Below the pieces are notes generated by a model, which saw nothing but the letters and a program-made list of their open reading frames with translations, was not told where the DNA came from and did not search any database. Positions 19,479 through 28,146 of a stretch of 58,385 nucleotides of DNA are shown here, in pieces. Within the stretch, counting starts at the first letter, position 1, and every line of letters begins with the position of its first letter. Source of the stretch: an uncultured Cytophagia bacterium (GTDB lineage Bacteria > Zhuqueibacterota > Zhuqueibacteria > Residuimicrobiales > Oceaniaggregativiventaceae); assembly GCA_964413725.1 (NCBI GenBank), contig CAYPUH010000001.1, positions 1-58,385 on the forward strand, in the 5' to 3' direction. The position numbers were made by a program, and so were the translations under genes.

Positions 19479-20339
19479 TTAATTTTCTTTAATGATTTTA
19501 AAACACAGCGTGTCGGTGAACGTTTTTACCGCCGAGAAATAGCCCTGTCCGCCCGTAATATTATCATTTTGATAGGGATCCAGCTGTAAAGAATCAGCCA
19601 ACTGACGGGCTCTGTTTTGTTGATCGGGGGGGAAATCATCCCATGGCGGCAAAAAGGATGAATCCCTGGCTGTAATGGCAATCTCATAGGGGATGGTGAC
19701 AATCTGGTTTCCGTTGCTTCCAAAATCCCAGTGAGGCAGAAAACGTGGTGATATAACGGTATCCAGAGACGCGGTAAAAATGTCCGGGAAAGAGGGTTCA
19801 AGGGCGATAATTTTTAGTTCATAGCATAGTGCATTTTGACTCGAAGCCCAGGAGAGCTCGCCTCCTTTTGTTTGTACATAATTCGAGTAGGGCGATGGTT
19901 GGTGAAACCGGAACGAGAGGGTGTCGCTTCGGGATGTTGGATCCAGACAAAAATCCCCGGGTACTGTGATTGCCGCAGAGCAGAAAACAGATGACGGATC
20001 GGTTTGTACCCGGAGAGAGTAGTGTGTGGACGGAAGGATCGGAAAATGGTGTTGAGAGAGAGTATATACTCCGGGAATGGATTCGTCGAGTGTTGCAGAA
20101 GCCCCTTCATGGCTCAGAATGACGCGTGCCCCACTCACATCCTGTGGCATCGATTCGGGACGAGTCCATCCAACGACCACACTGATCATTGCGTAATCGG
20201 GAGAAATTTTGCTTTCAACATAGGGTACACGTAAAGAATCAGGATCCACAAGCACCGGGTCTGTGGTACAATTGAACACAGTGGATAGTAAAACTATAAC
20301 GGGTATTAGCTTTTTCAGGTTTGTTGATAATGTGTACAT
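19479..20339 (-). CDS. Lipoprotein, DUF4249-like (partner of the upstream TonB receptor)
   Basis: A lipobox (LLSTVFNC) follows the start at MYTLSTN (ATG 20339). The ORF is open back to 20372. The DUF4249 call rests on size, lipobox and position 13 nt downstream of a CarboxypepD_reg TonB receptor, not on a search. Confidence 0.55.
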   Translation of the reverse strand: MYTLSTNLKKLIPVIVLLSTVFNCTTDPVLVDPDSLRVPYVESKISPDYAMISVVVGWTRPESMPQDVSGARVILSHEGASATLDESIPGVYTLSQHHFPILPSTHYSLRVQTDPSSVFCSAAITVPGDFCLDPTSRSDTLSFRFHQPSPYSNYVQTKGGELSWASSQNALCYELKIIALEPSFPDIFTASLDTVISPRFLPHWDFGSNGNQIVTIPYEIAITARDSSFLPPWDDFPPDQQNRARQLADSLQLDPYQNDNITGGQGYFSAVKTFTDTLCFKIIKEN

Positions 20340-20362
20340 TTTACAGAATTCTGGATAAAAAA

Positions 20363-20376
20363 TTGTTCGCAAGGGG
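20363..20376. repeat. Left arm of the inverted repeat bracketing the lipoprotein gene (TTGTTCGCAAGGGG)
   Basis: It is the exact reverse complement of 21223-21236 and extends to 17 of 18 matches. It lies 8 nt beyond the stop codon of the 20385-21191 gene. Confidence 0.8.
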
Positions 20377-20384
20377 GCACATTA

Positions 20385-21191
20385 TTATGGAGTGGGAGTA
20401 AAAACTCGATAAAACATGTCAATAGAACTTAAACGGTTGTCCCAGCTGCCCAGATTTGAGCAATCGAGTGTATGACGAGGGCTATATGATGTGGGTTTGC
20501 CCGCTTCCCAGTCATTATCTTCACCACCCCTATTCGCATCTTCCCAGATCTTAAAATTCACTGGCCTTGCGATATATCCATAACCACTATAGTGAGATCG
20601 ATCGTCTGTCCAGCCAAATGAACTTGTCTGGTCATTAAAATTACCTAAATAATCAAAACCACAACAGGACTGCGAATTTGCACAATTCCATATTACTTTA
20701 TGAAACCAGCCGTAGTCAATGGCTGCCTGGGAAAAGGTAAAACTATCCCCAGTATAACCGGCTCCCTTGTAAATTTTGGCTAAATGCCAACATAAAGTAA
20801 CGGCTGTTTTATGCAATCGCCTAGATTGGAATTGTAGTTGGTTCACGGATTTGATTCTATTTTCTTTGGACAATACAACATTAAATGACTGGTCAGCAAA
20901 ACCGTTGTTGTTGAAATAGAGGATATTATAGGTAGGATTTCCTTTTGTTTCTACTTTTACAATTTTTATGTTGCTATAAAGATTCTTGCCAGCAATTTCA
21001 AGTGCTTTTTCATTTACAGCATTTGGTATGGAATCAGTCATTAAGAATTTTTGGTTCTCATAAAACAACTCTGATTGATTAGTATTTTCAAGATTTGTTG
21101 TAGGGTCGGAAATACTGTTTTCGTTTTCTTGCCCACATGCAAAAAGAAAGAAACTCGCCAATAAACCGATAACAGTCAATTTTTTTTTCAT
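20385..21191 (-). CDS. Lipoprotein with a C-terminal beta-gamma-crystallin-like double Greek-key region
   Basis: 268 aa with the lipobox LFAC. The C-terminal half has two segments ending in the crystallin-type motifs NDQTSSFGW and WDNRLSSIDMFY, each preceded by aromatic-Gly patterns (IYKGAGYTGDSFTF, FKIWEDANRGG). The gene is visibly AT-rich relative to its neighbours. Confidence 0.7.
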   Translation of the reverse strand: MKKKLTVIGLLASFFLFACGQENENSISDPTTNLENTNQSELFYENQKFLMTDSIPNAVNEKALEIAGKNLYSNIKIVKVETKGNPTYNILYFNNNGFADQSFNVVLSKENRIKSVNQLQFQSRRLHKTAVTLCWHLAKIYKGAGYTGDSFTFSQAAIDYGWFHKVIWNCANSQSCCGFDYLGNFNDQTSSFGWTDDRSHYSGYGYIARPVNFKIWEDANRGGEDNDWEAGKPTSYSPRHTLDCSNLGSWDNRLSSIDMFYRVFTPTP

Positions 21192-21222
21192 TTTAAAGCC
21201 CTTTCAAATTTTCGTTGTGAGT

Positions 21223-21236
21223 CCCCTTGCGAACAA
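21223..21236. repeat. Right arm of the inverted repeat bracketing the lipoprotein gene (CCCCTTGCGAACAA)
   Basis: It is the exact reverse complement of 20363-20376 and lies 31 nt upstream of the ATG at 21191. Confidence 0.8.
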
Positions 21237-21792
21237 ATTTAAATTCTTTCCGACCTATTATTGTGTACCAAGTGGATTCGTTTATTACAGGATAATAATA
21301 ACCATATAAAAGAGAAATGATTGTTTCTGAGCAATTGACGTACAATAGTACTATTATTAGAAATATTTAAAATAATAACGAATCGTTAATGATTGGAGAT
21401 GTTGATGAGTAAGATGGTGTGAATAAAAGAGGTGAAATCATGGAGGAAACAAAAACCAGTATATTACTTACAAGGGTTTAAATAAACAATATACTTGTTC
21501 CTGTTTATCCTCATTTACCCCATTTATTATAACAAATATATTTATTATGTTAAAAGCAAGTCTTTTTTTGCTTTTGCCCTAAAAATGGGTATATATCAAT
21601 GCGATTCAAGTCCTGTTGAGGTCTGAAATCATGTATCAATCGAATTCGAGTCTTTCCTGTCTATTGGTATTGTCGTATCGTATTAGAAATATTCTACTAT
21701 TCAGTTGTGTTCCAGTGTATGAACACGAAAAGCATCGCCGCAAGGCTTGGCTTGTTTGGCGGGGTAAATGGCAACCCTTATCAAAGGAGGAT

Positions 21793-22011
21793 ATGATGAA
21801 AATCAATGAAGGAACCACCGATCGATGGATTCGCGCGATTTTGGGGATTGTGTTGTTGATTGTGGGGATCGTTGCGCTGTCAGGGACCTGGGCCTGGATT
21901 CTGGGCATTGTGGGCGTTATCTTGTTGATCACGGCTGTGACCGGATTTTGCGGATTGTATGCGATATTGGGGACGCGTACCAACAAATCCAGGACCGAAC
22001 AGGGTGGATGA
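21793..22011 (+). CDS. DUF2892 (YgaP C-terminal-like) small membrane protein
   Basis: MMKINEGTTDRWIRAILG...ITAVTGFCGLYAILG shows the two TM helices and the TGxCxxYxxxG motif typical of DUF2892. AAGGAGG lies just upstream (21784-21790). The 5' part of the tracked ORF (21616-21792) has no coding character. Confidence 0.8.
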   Translation: MMKINEGTTDRWIRAILGIVLLIVGIVALSGTWAWILGIVGVILLITAVTGFCGLYAILGTRTNKSRTEQGG

Positions 22012-22043
22012 AAATTCTAATATAAAAGACGTATACATCAAAG

Positions 22044-22072
22044 GGGCTGCAGCATAAGCAGCCCTTTTTTTT
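22044..22072 (+). terminator. Rho-independent terminator (GGGCTGC-agcataa-GCAGCCC + T8)
   Basis: A 7-bp GC-rich stem is followed by TTTTTTTT. It lies between the convergent DUF2892 gene and uvrA. Confidence 0.85.
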
Positions 22073-24896
22073 ATACCTCGAGTTCGGGTTTTAAAAAGCG
22101 TCCGGTATAGGATTCCGGGATGTGGATGATCTCTTCGGGTGTGCCCTGGGCGACGATGTCCCCGCCGTCATCCCCGCCTTCCGGTCCCAGATCCACGATA
22201 TGATCCGCGGTTTTGATCACGTCCATATGATGTTCGATGACCACCACCGTGTTGCCGCGGTCCACCAGCCGGTTCAGCACATTCAGCAGCATTTTGATGT
22301 CCTCAAAGTGAAGACCTGTGGTCGGCTCGTCGAGGATATAGAGGGTTTTGCCGGTGCTGGTCCGGGAGAGTTCCGTGGCGAGTTTGACGCGCTGTGCCTC
22401 GCCACCCGACAGGGTTGTGGCCTGCTGACCCAGGCGAATGTACCCCAGTCCCACATCGTGCAGGGTCTGTAATTTGCGCTGGATTCGCGGAATGTTCTGA
22501 AAAAAGTCGAGAGCCTGGGAAACGGTCATGTCGAGCACGTCGGCAATGGTCTTGCCGCGGTAGCGTATCTCCAGGGTCTCGCGGTTATAGCGTTGTCCCT
22601 TGCAGTCCTGACAGGTGACATAGACATCCGGCAGGAAATGCATCTCGATTTTGATCAGACCATCGCCCTGACACGCTTCACAGCGTCCCCCCTTGACGTT
22701 GAAACTGAACCGTCCGGCTTTATAGCCGCGGATTTTGGATTCCGGCAGTTGAGCGAACAGATCGCGGATATAGGTAAAGAGACCGGTATAGGTGGCCGGA
22801 TTGGATCGGGGGGTTCTGCCGATGGGGGATTGATCGATATCGATCACCTTGTCGATGGCGTCCAGTCCCTCGATGGACGAGTAGGGCAGGGGGGAATCCT
22901 TGCTGTGATAAAAGCGCCGTCTGAGAATGCGATAGAGCGTTTCGTTGATCAGGCTGCTTTTGCCGCTTCCGGACACCCCGGTGACGCAGACAAACATCCC
23001 CAGGGGGAGTTTCAGGTCCACCTGTTTCAGATTGTTGCCGGTGGCGCCATGCACGATCAGATGATGACCGTTACCGGGCCTGCGGTTATCGGGGCACGGG
23101 ATGTGCCGCTGTCCCGCCAGATACTGACCGGTGATGGACATGTCGCACCGCGATACCGTGTCCGGGGATCCCTGAGCCACCACCTCGCCGCCGTGTTCAC
23201 CCGCGCCCGGACCCAGGTCGACCAGGTAATCGGCGGTTTCGATCGTTTCGCGATCGTGTTCCACCACGATCACCGTGTTGCCCAGATCCCGAAGGGTTTT
23301 CAGCGTGTCGATGAGTCGCTGGTTGTCGCGCTGATGCAAGCCGATAGAGGGTTCGTCCAGGATATAGAGGACGCCCACCAGCTGCGAGCCGATTTGCGTG
23401 GCCAGCCGAATGCGCTGGGCTTCTCCCCCGGACAGGGTTCCCGCATTCCGGTTCAGCGTCAGATAATCCAGTCCCACATTGCGCAGGAACGTCAGTCGTT
23501 CCCGGATCTCTTTGAGAATTTGGTGCGCCACGAGCTGCTGCCGGTCGCTGAGGCGTATGGTGTTGAAAAAATGATACGATTCCCTGATGGACAGACTGAC
23601 CACATCCTGAATGGGTTTTTCACCCACGGTCACCGCCCGGGCCTGGGGTTTGAGTCGGGATCCGCCGCAGTCCGGACAGGGAACCTGGTTCATATACCCC
23701 TCGATCCATTCGCGGATGGATTGAGAGTGGGTCTGGTGATAGCGTCGTTCCAGATTGCCGACGATGCCTTCAAACGCTTTGCGAAAGGTACCCTTGTGTC
23801 GGCCACTCTTGGATTCATAATTGAATTCGAGCTCCTCGTCGGTGCCGTAGAGCAGGTTGTGTTGGCATGGGGACGAGAGCTTTTCAAATGAGTGCTCCAG
23901 GGTGTATCCGCAGGACTCGACCACGGTTCTGGCCATGGCATCATACCAGCCGTCCTTGAGTTCACCCCAGGGTTCGATGGCTCCGGCTTTCAATGGGATG
24001 GTCTTGTCCGGGATCACCAGATCCGGATCGATTTTGAGTTGCGTACCCAGTCCGTTGCAGGTGGGACAGGCGCCATAGGGGGAGTTGAAGGAAAAGAGTC
24101 GGGGTTCCAGTTCTTCATACGAGATGCCACAGTCGATGCAGGCATAGTGTTCGCTGAAGATGAGTTCCTGCTTGCCGATCACATCCACCAACAGGATCCC
24201 GGATGCCAGTCCCAGGGCGGTTTCCACGGAATCGGTGAGACGGGTTCGTATCCCCGGCCGGATCACCAGACGATCGACAACGATCTCGATGTCGTGTTTT
24301 TTGTTTTTGTCCAGCTTGATCTCTGAATCCAGATCCAGGATCTCGCCGTCCACGCGCACCCGCACAAACCCGTCCCGTTTCGCTTCTGCGAATACATCCT
24401 TGTATTCGCCCTTGCGGCCGCGGACGATAGGACCGAGAATCTGGATCTTGCTTTTTTCGGGCAGAGCCAGCAACTGATCCACGATCTGTTGCACGGTTTG
24501 GCGTTCGACGATTTTGCCACAGTTGTAACAGTGGGGGATCCCGATCCGGCTGTAGAGCAGACGCAGATAGTCGTAAATCTCGGTTACCGTACCCACCGTC
24601 GACCGGGGATTCTTGCTCGTCGATTTCTGTTCGATAGAGATGGCCGGCGACAGACCCTCGATATAGTCCACATCCGGTTTTTCCATCAGCCCCAGGAATT
24701 GTCTGGCATAGGCGGAGAGGGATTCCACATAGCGGCGTTGTCCCTCGGCATAGATAGTATCGAACGCCAGAGAGGATTTACCCGACCCGGACAGTCCGGT
24801 GATGACGATCAGTTGATCGCGGGGCAGTTCGAGGTCGATATTTTTCAGATTGTGCTCTCGGGCACCGCGAATGATGATGCTATTGTGTTCTGACAT
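22071..24896 (-). CDS. uvrA: Excinuclease ABC subunit A
   Basis: 941 aa with [34 protein letters not shown], a second Walker A ([10 protein letters not shown]) and zinc-finger Cys clusters. Confidence 0.97.
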   Translation of the reverse strand: MSEHNSIIIRGAREHNLKNIDLELPRDQLIVITGLSGSGKSSLAFDTIYAEGQRRYVESLSAYARQFLGLMEKPDVDYIEGLSPAISIEQKSTSKNPRSTVGTVTEIYDYLRLLYSRIGIPHCYNCGKIVERQTVQQIVDQLLALPEKSKIQILGPIVRGRKGEYKDVFAEAKRDGFVRVRVDGEILDLDSEIKLDKNKKHDIEIVVDRLVIRPGIRTRLTDSVETALGLASGILLVDVIGKQELIFSEHYACIDCGISYEELEPRLFSFNSPYGACPTCNGLGTQLKIDPDLVIPDKTIPLKAGAIEPWGELKDGWYDAMARTVVESCGYTLEHSFEKLSSPCQHNLLYGTDEELEFNYESKSGRHKGTFRKAFEGIVGNLERRYHQTHSQSIREWIEGYMNQVPCPDCGGSRLKPQARAVTVGEKPIQDVVSLSIRESYHFFNTIRLSDRQQLVAHQILKEIRERLTFLRNVGLDYLTLNRNAGTLSGGEAQRIRLATQIGSQLVGVLYILDEPSIGLHQRDNQRLIDTLKTLRDLGNTVIVVEHDRETIETADYLVDLGPGAGEHGGEVVAQGSPDTVSRCDMSITGQYLAGQRHIPCPDNRRPGNGHHLIVHGATGNNLKQVDLKLPLGMFVCVTGVSGSGKSSLINETLYRILRRRFYHSKDSPLPYSSIEGLDAIDKVIDIDQSPIGRTPRSNPATYTGLFTYIRDLFAQLPESKIRGYKAGRFSFNVKGGRCEACQGDGLIKIEMHFLPDVYVTCQDCKGQRYNRETLEIRYRGKTIADVLDMTVSQALDFFQNIPRIQRKLQTLHDVGLGYIRLGQQATTLSGGEAQRVKLATELSRTSTGKTLYILDEPTTGLHFEDIKMLLNVLNRLVDRGNTVVVIEHHMDVIKTADHIVDLGPEGGDDGGDIVAQGTPEEIIHIPESYTGRFLKPELEV

Positions 24897-24902
24897 GAGA
24901 GG

Positions 24903-24945
24903 AAGCCATTGTATTCAAATTGAACAACAAGCCATTGTTTTCAAA
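24903..24945. promoter_or_regulatory. Two 17-bp direct repeats (AAGCCATTGTaTTCAAA / AAGCCATTGTtTTCAAA) immediately upstream of uvrA
   Basis: The copies at 24903-24919 and 24929-24945 differ at one position and are spaced 26 bp apart. They lie 7-49 nt upstream of the uvrA ATG. This is a candidate operator or promoter element with no known binder. Confidence 0.4.
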
Positions 24946-25037
24946 ACAGAGTATAAAAAGACCGGGGATTAAAAAGAACCTCACGCAAAGCCACCAAGAG
25001 CGCAACGAACGCAAAGAAAGATAATCTCGCACAAAGA

Positions 25038-25070
25038 CACAGAGACCACCAAGAAAAAAACAAAAAGATA
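25038..25070 (+). repeat. Degenerate member of the CACAGAG / AAAAGA repeat family
   Basis: CACAGAGACCACCAAGAAAAAAACAAAAAGATA lies in the uvrA-TPR intergenic region. Confidence 0.4.
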
Positions 25071-25289
25071 ATTAAAAAAGAAATAAAGCAAATCGTCAGA
25101 TATTCCCCTACATCTTTTTGAAAGACACACGGACAGCCCACTCCCTATAATTCCCGGCTCCCCCTTTGCCCCCTCCGGATGAGCTCTGGTGACGCACCCC
25201 GGATGCCTGCTCGCTGTCCCTGACACACCCCGGAGGAGAATAACATCCATATCATTCCAATCTACCCGGGGATTAAAAAAAGTGTCTCA

Positions 25290-25338
25290 CGCAACGTTAC
25301 TCTTTAATTTTACCCTGACAGAAGGGAGTAACGTTGCG
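25290..25338. repeat. 13-bp perfect hairpin (C)GCAACGTTACTC - 23 nt - GAGTAACGTTGC(G)
   Basis: Arms are at 25290-25302 and 25326-25338. CGCAACGTTG recurs at about 25568. Confidence 0.5.
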
Positions 25339-25853
25339 CTGGGCTCGGAGCCACACGCCGCCATCCTGCTCATCTGTCAGCATATCACTTTATGATAATC
25401 CAAAGAACTGTTCTAGTGACTATTTGTACATACGAGACGCAAAGAAAAAATGGAAAACAATGACAGCGGGATCGCAAAATGGAGCATACATTTCTTTGAT
25501 CAAAAAGACGATTGTTTCGATTTTATTCATAATGGCGCTATGCGATCCCGGTGGCTGTGCGTGAGGACGCAACGTTGAATATACAAAACCATTCGACAAC
25601 AGGGAAGCAAAAAAACAGAACCTGGAACGCACGGAAGAAGAATAATCGCTCTTGACGTTGGTACCGGGATGATCAGACAGTTCAAATAAATAATGGTTTC
25701 GAGGTTGGGCATCGCTGTGCTCCGGTATTCCGGGGTTGACATTCAGGGTGGAATGTGCTATGTTTAAAGATTGAATGACGTTCAGTTCAAAAACAAACCA
25801 TCGTGTTCAACGAGGCATCAGAGGTTATCCACTTAGCGAAAGGACAACATCCC

Positions 25854-26615
25854 ATGAACCGTATCGTTGGCTTGCTGTTGATTGTTTTGATGATGGCGGG
25901 ATGGAGTGTGGCACAGGAGGATGCGGCGACTCTTGTTGCGGCGGGAGATTCTGCGTATGCCAAATTCGATGACGCCACGGCATTGGCGCGGTATGAAGCG
26001 GTGCTCGACTCTGACAGTTCACATTGTGAAGCCCTGTGGAAGGCGGCGCGGTCTCGTGTCAATCTGGGAGAAGAGAGCGACGACCTGGCCGAGCAGCACT
26101 ATCCCGTGGCCGAGGAGTTGGCACGAAAGGCGGTGTCCGTGTGTCCGGAGAATGCCGATGCCAATCTGACCCTGGCCATTGCGGTGGGGCGGCTGGCGCT
26201 GCTCAGAGGCGGACGCACCAAGCTGGAATTGTCCAAGGATGTCAAAACATATGCTGTCAAAACCCTCGAACTGGATCCGTCCAAGGATATCGCCCACCAT
26301 GTGCTGGCGCGGTGGCACCGGGAAGTGACCGAGATCGGCGGGTTGAAAAAGATGGTGGTCAAGGTGATCTATGGCGGACTCCCGGATGCCAGCAAGGAAA
26401 AGGCGGTGGAGCATTTTCAAAAAGCCATCGAACTGGCGCCGGACTATATCAACCATCATCTCGAGCTGGGCATGACCTACGAGACCATGGACGAGTGGCA
26501 AAAAGCCAAAGAGGCCTATGAGACGGCGTTGAGTCTCTCTCCCCAGGCCCCCGAGGACTCGCGCTATATCCTGCAGGCGCGAAAGCGGTTGGACGAGGTG
26601 GAGAAAAAGTTATAG
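25854..26615 (+). CDS. Secreted tetratricopeptide-repeat (TPR) protein
   Basis: I chose the start at MNRIVGLLLIVLMMAGWSVAQ, which is a signal peptide. TPR-like A/Y/L periodicity runs through the protein (ALARYEAVL, AIELAPDY, AKEAYETAL). Confidence 0.8.
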   Translation: MNRIVGLLLIVLMMAGWSVAQEDAATLVAAGDSAYAKFDDATALARYEAVLDSDSSHCEALWKAARSRVNLGEESDDLAEQHYPVAEELARKAVSVCPENADANLTLAIAVGRLALLRGGRTKLELSKDVKTYAVKTLELDPSKDIAHHVLARWHREVTEIGGLKKMVVKVIYGGLPDASKEKAVEHFQKAIELAPDYINHHLELGMTYETMDEWQKAKEAYETALSLSPQAPEDSRYILQARKRLDEVEKKL

Positions 26616-26626
26616 CCTCTACACAC

Positions 26627-26664
26627 AAAACGTCCTGGTTTGAATGAGCCAGGACGTTTTTTTT
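26627..26664 (+). terminator. Rho-independent terminator of the TPR gene
   Basis: AAAACGTCCTGG-tttgaatgag-CCAGGACG is followed by T8. Confidence 0.9.
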
Positions 26665-26722
26665 GTTCCCGGCCAGTGGCTAGGAATGTCGTCCAGCGGG
26701 TCCTGCAAGCCTCTGAGGTACG

Positions 26723-26892
26723 GAGGGCACGGGGAGAGAGACTTGAAAAAACGATCTCTGTGGGCCCTGTGCCTCAGTGAGAGGAAAAGGAATAACAGGA
26801 TTCTCACAGAGGGCACGGAGGATCACAGAGGAAAAAAGAGAAAGAGATTGTCAAATGGAATTTGAATCGCTCATTCCATGAACAGGTGGGGA
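26723..26892 (+). repeat. Direct repeat copy 1 (170 bp) flanking vapBC
   Basis: It is identical to 27855-28010 over 156 bp, then has 2 mismatches in the last 14 bp. It contains CACAGAG motifs and the hairpin CTCAGTGAGA..TCTCACAGAG. Confidence 0.95.
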
Positions 26893-26925
26893 ATAGGGTG
26901 AGCCTTGACAATGCTGATCGACATG

Positions 26926-27330
26926 TTAAAACTCTTTCTGGTCTGCCAAGTGTATCGTGAATTTCGGAAAGGCGTTTAGGAGCTTTTTGTCGGTCGTGAT
27001 CAAGGGATGTGCGAGATCCCGTGCAAGCGCAATGTACTCGCAATCATAAGCACTGCATCCCGATTGTTCCGATAACTCGAGTACATCTTTTGATTGGACT
27101 CTATACTCCCCGTCACGCAGGATCAATTCAGCTTTTTCCATTAAAAAGAGTGCTTCAGCGAGATTCAGATGTTTATTTCTGATATAGGTAGCGAGCACAT
27201 TTTGAAATTCGCTTTTCCAAAGTTGTGGAGCACGCCAGTCAGGATCGTTTCGCAATAAATTTTGCGCCTGTTCGGTATAGGTCCCCCTGATGAGCATATA
27301 GGCAACAACATTGGTATCCACTATTTTCAT
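26926..27330 (-). CDS. vapC: PIN-domain toxin VapC
   Basis: 134 aa. The N-terminal MKIVDTNV carries the PIN Asp, later acidic residues are conserved, and there is a 4-nt ATGA overlap with the upstream antitoxin. Confidence 0.9.
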   Translation of the reverse strand: MKIVDTNVVAYMLIRGTYTEQAQNLLRNDPDWRAPQLWKSEFQNVLATYIRNKHLNLAEALFLMEKAELILRDGEYRVQSKDVLELSEQSGCSAYDCEYIALARDLAHPLITTDKKLLNAFPKFTIHLADQKEF

Positions 27331-27569
27331 TTTCGGCCAGCCTTTTTATACTCTGTGAGCATATCATCGTTCAAAGCAGGAATCTTTTTGTCCCGATAAA
27401 AAATATTGATTTGATCGATTATTTCATCAGGATCGATCTTTTTACTGTGAACGACTGTTTCGATACAATGAATGACCTGACTGTTGATACTTCGCCGATG
27501 AAGGTTTGCGCTTTCTTTTAGTTTTTGGTAAAGGTCATTGGGAATATTTTTTATGGTTATCGTTGCCAT
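27327..27569 (-). CDS. vapB: Ribbon-helix-helix antitoxin (VapB/FitA-like, Arc/MetJ family)
   Basis: MATITIKNIPNDLYQKLKESANLHRRSINSQV has the RHH pattern. AGGAGA lies upstream of ATG 27569. The longer tracked ORF (to 27656) is not needed. Confidence 0.85.
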   Translation of the reverse strand: MATITIKNIPNDLYQKLKESANLHRRSINSQVIHCIETVVHSKKIDPDEIIDQINIFYRDKKIPALNDDMLTEYKKAGRK

Positions 27570-27694
27570 GACGATTCTCCTGTTTTGTATTCCAGAATGA
27601 AACCATAATGCAATATACATTTCTCGGCTCGAAATGTCAATACATTGTTCAACCATGGCTTGAAACCCGTCTCTGCTGTCTGTCCTCCCGGATG

Positions 27695-27720
27695 ACCACA
27701 GAGAAGATAAAGAGAAAGAT
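27695..27720 (+). repeat. Short member of the CACAGAG / AAAGAGAAAGA repeat family
   Basis: ACCACAGAGAAGATAAAGAGAAAGAT lies upstream of vapB. Confidence 0.4.
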
Positions 27721-27854
27721 CGATGACAGGGATAGGTTCACTCTTGTCTACAATAGAGTCGTTGATCATTCTCACGCCAAGCTGCCAGGAATAGCTTTTA
27801 AGCGTAAAGCATTGTTGTTCACCATAGAGTCTTTCAGCCAAAGAATAATAACCA

Positions 27855-28024
27855 GAGGGCACGGGGAGAGAGACTTGAAAAAACGATCTCTGTGGGCCCT
27901 GTGCCTCAGTGAGAGGAAAAGGAATAACAGGATTCTCACAGAGGGCACGGAGGATCACAGAGGAAAAAAGAGAAAGAGATTGTCAAATGGAATTTGAATC
28001 GCTCATTCCACGAACGGGTGGGGA
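27855..28024 (+). repeat. Direct repeat copy 2 (170 bp) flanking vapBC
   Basis: Same sequence as 26723-26892, offset by exactly 1132 bp. Confidence 0.95.
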
Positions 28025-28146
28025 CTAAAAATGAGTCTGGGGTGGGAAATATCGGAGGTGGACAGTCGCTGTCAGTCAGTGCAGAGTCATCCGTACGGGA
28101 TATTACTTGACCTGATCGGAGGCAGAGCCTGTGAACCCGGGGATAT

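Noticed and set aside
21616-21792. N-terminal 59 codons of the tracked 131-aa ORF.
   Set aside because: The sequence is AT-rich and non-protein-like (SNSSLSCLLVLSYRIRNILLFSC). A strong AAGGAGG precedes the internal ATG ATG, where the DUF2892 homology begins.
24982-24995. ACGCAAAGCCACC resembles the P1b core of the c-di-GMP-I (GEMM) riboswitch.
   Set aside because: The partner GGCAAACC / GNRA-tetraloop half is absent nearby. The match lies inside a repeated CTCACGCAA module, so it is probably coincidence.
26644-27997. ORFs 26644-26865 (+), 27608-27997 (+) and 27557-27958 (-), two of which have identical C-terminal peptides.
   Set aside because: They read through the 170-bp direct repeats. 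The shared peptide is a by-product of the DNA duplication, and there is no RBS or coding signal.
26723-28024. Possible CRISPR array, because of identical repeats.
   Set aside because: There are only two copies, each 170 bp long, and they are separated by 962 bp containing a TA operon. This is not CRISPR-like.
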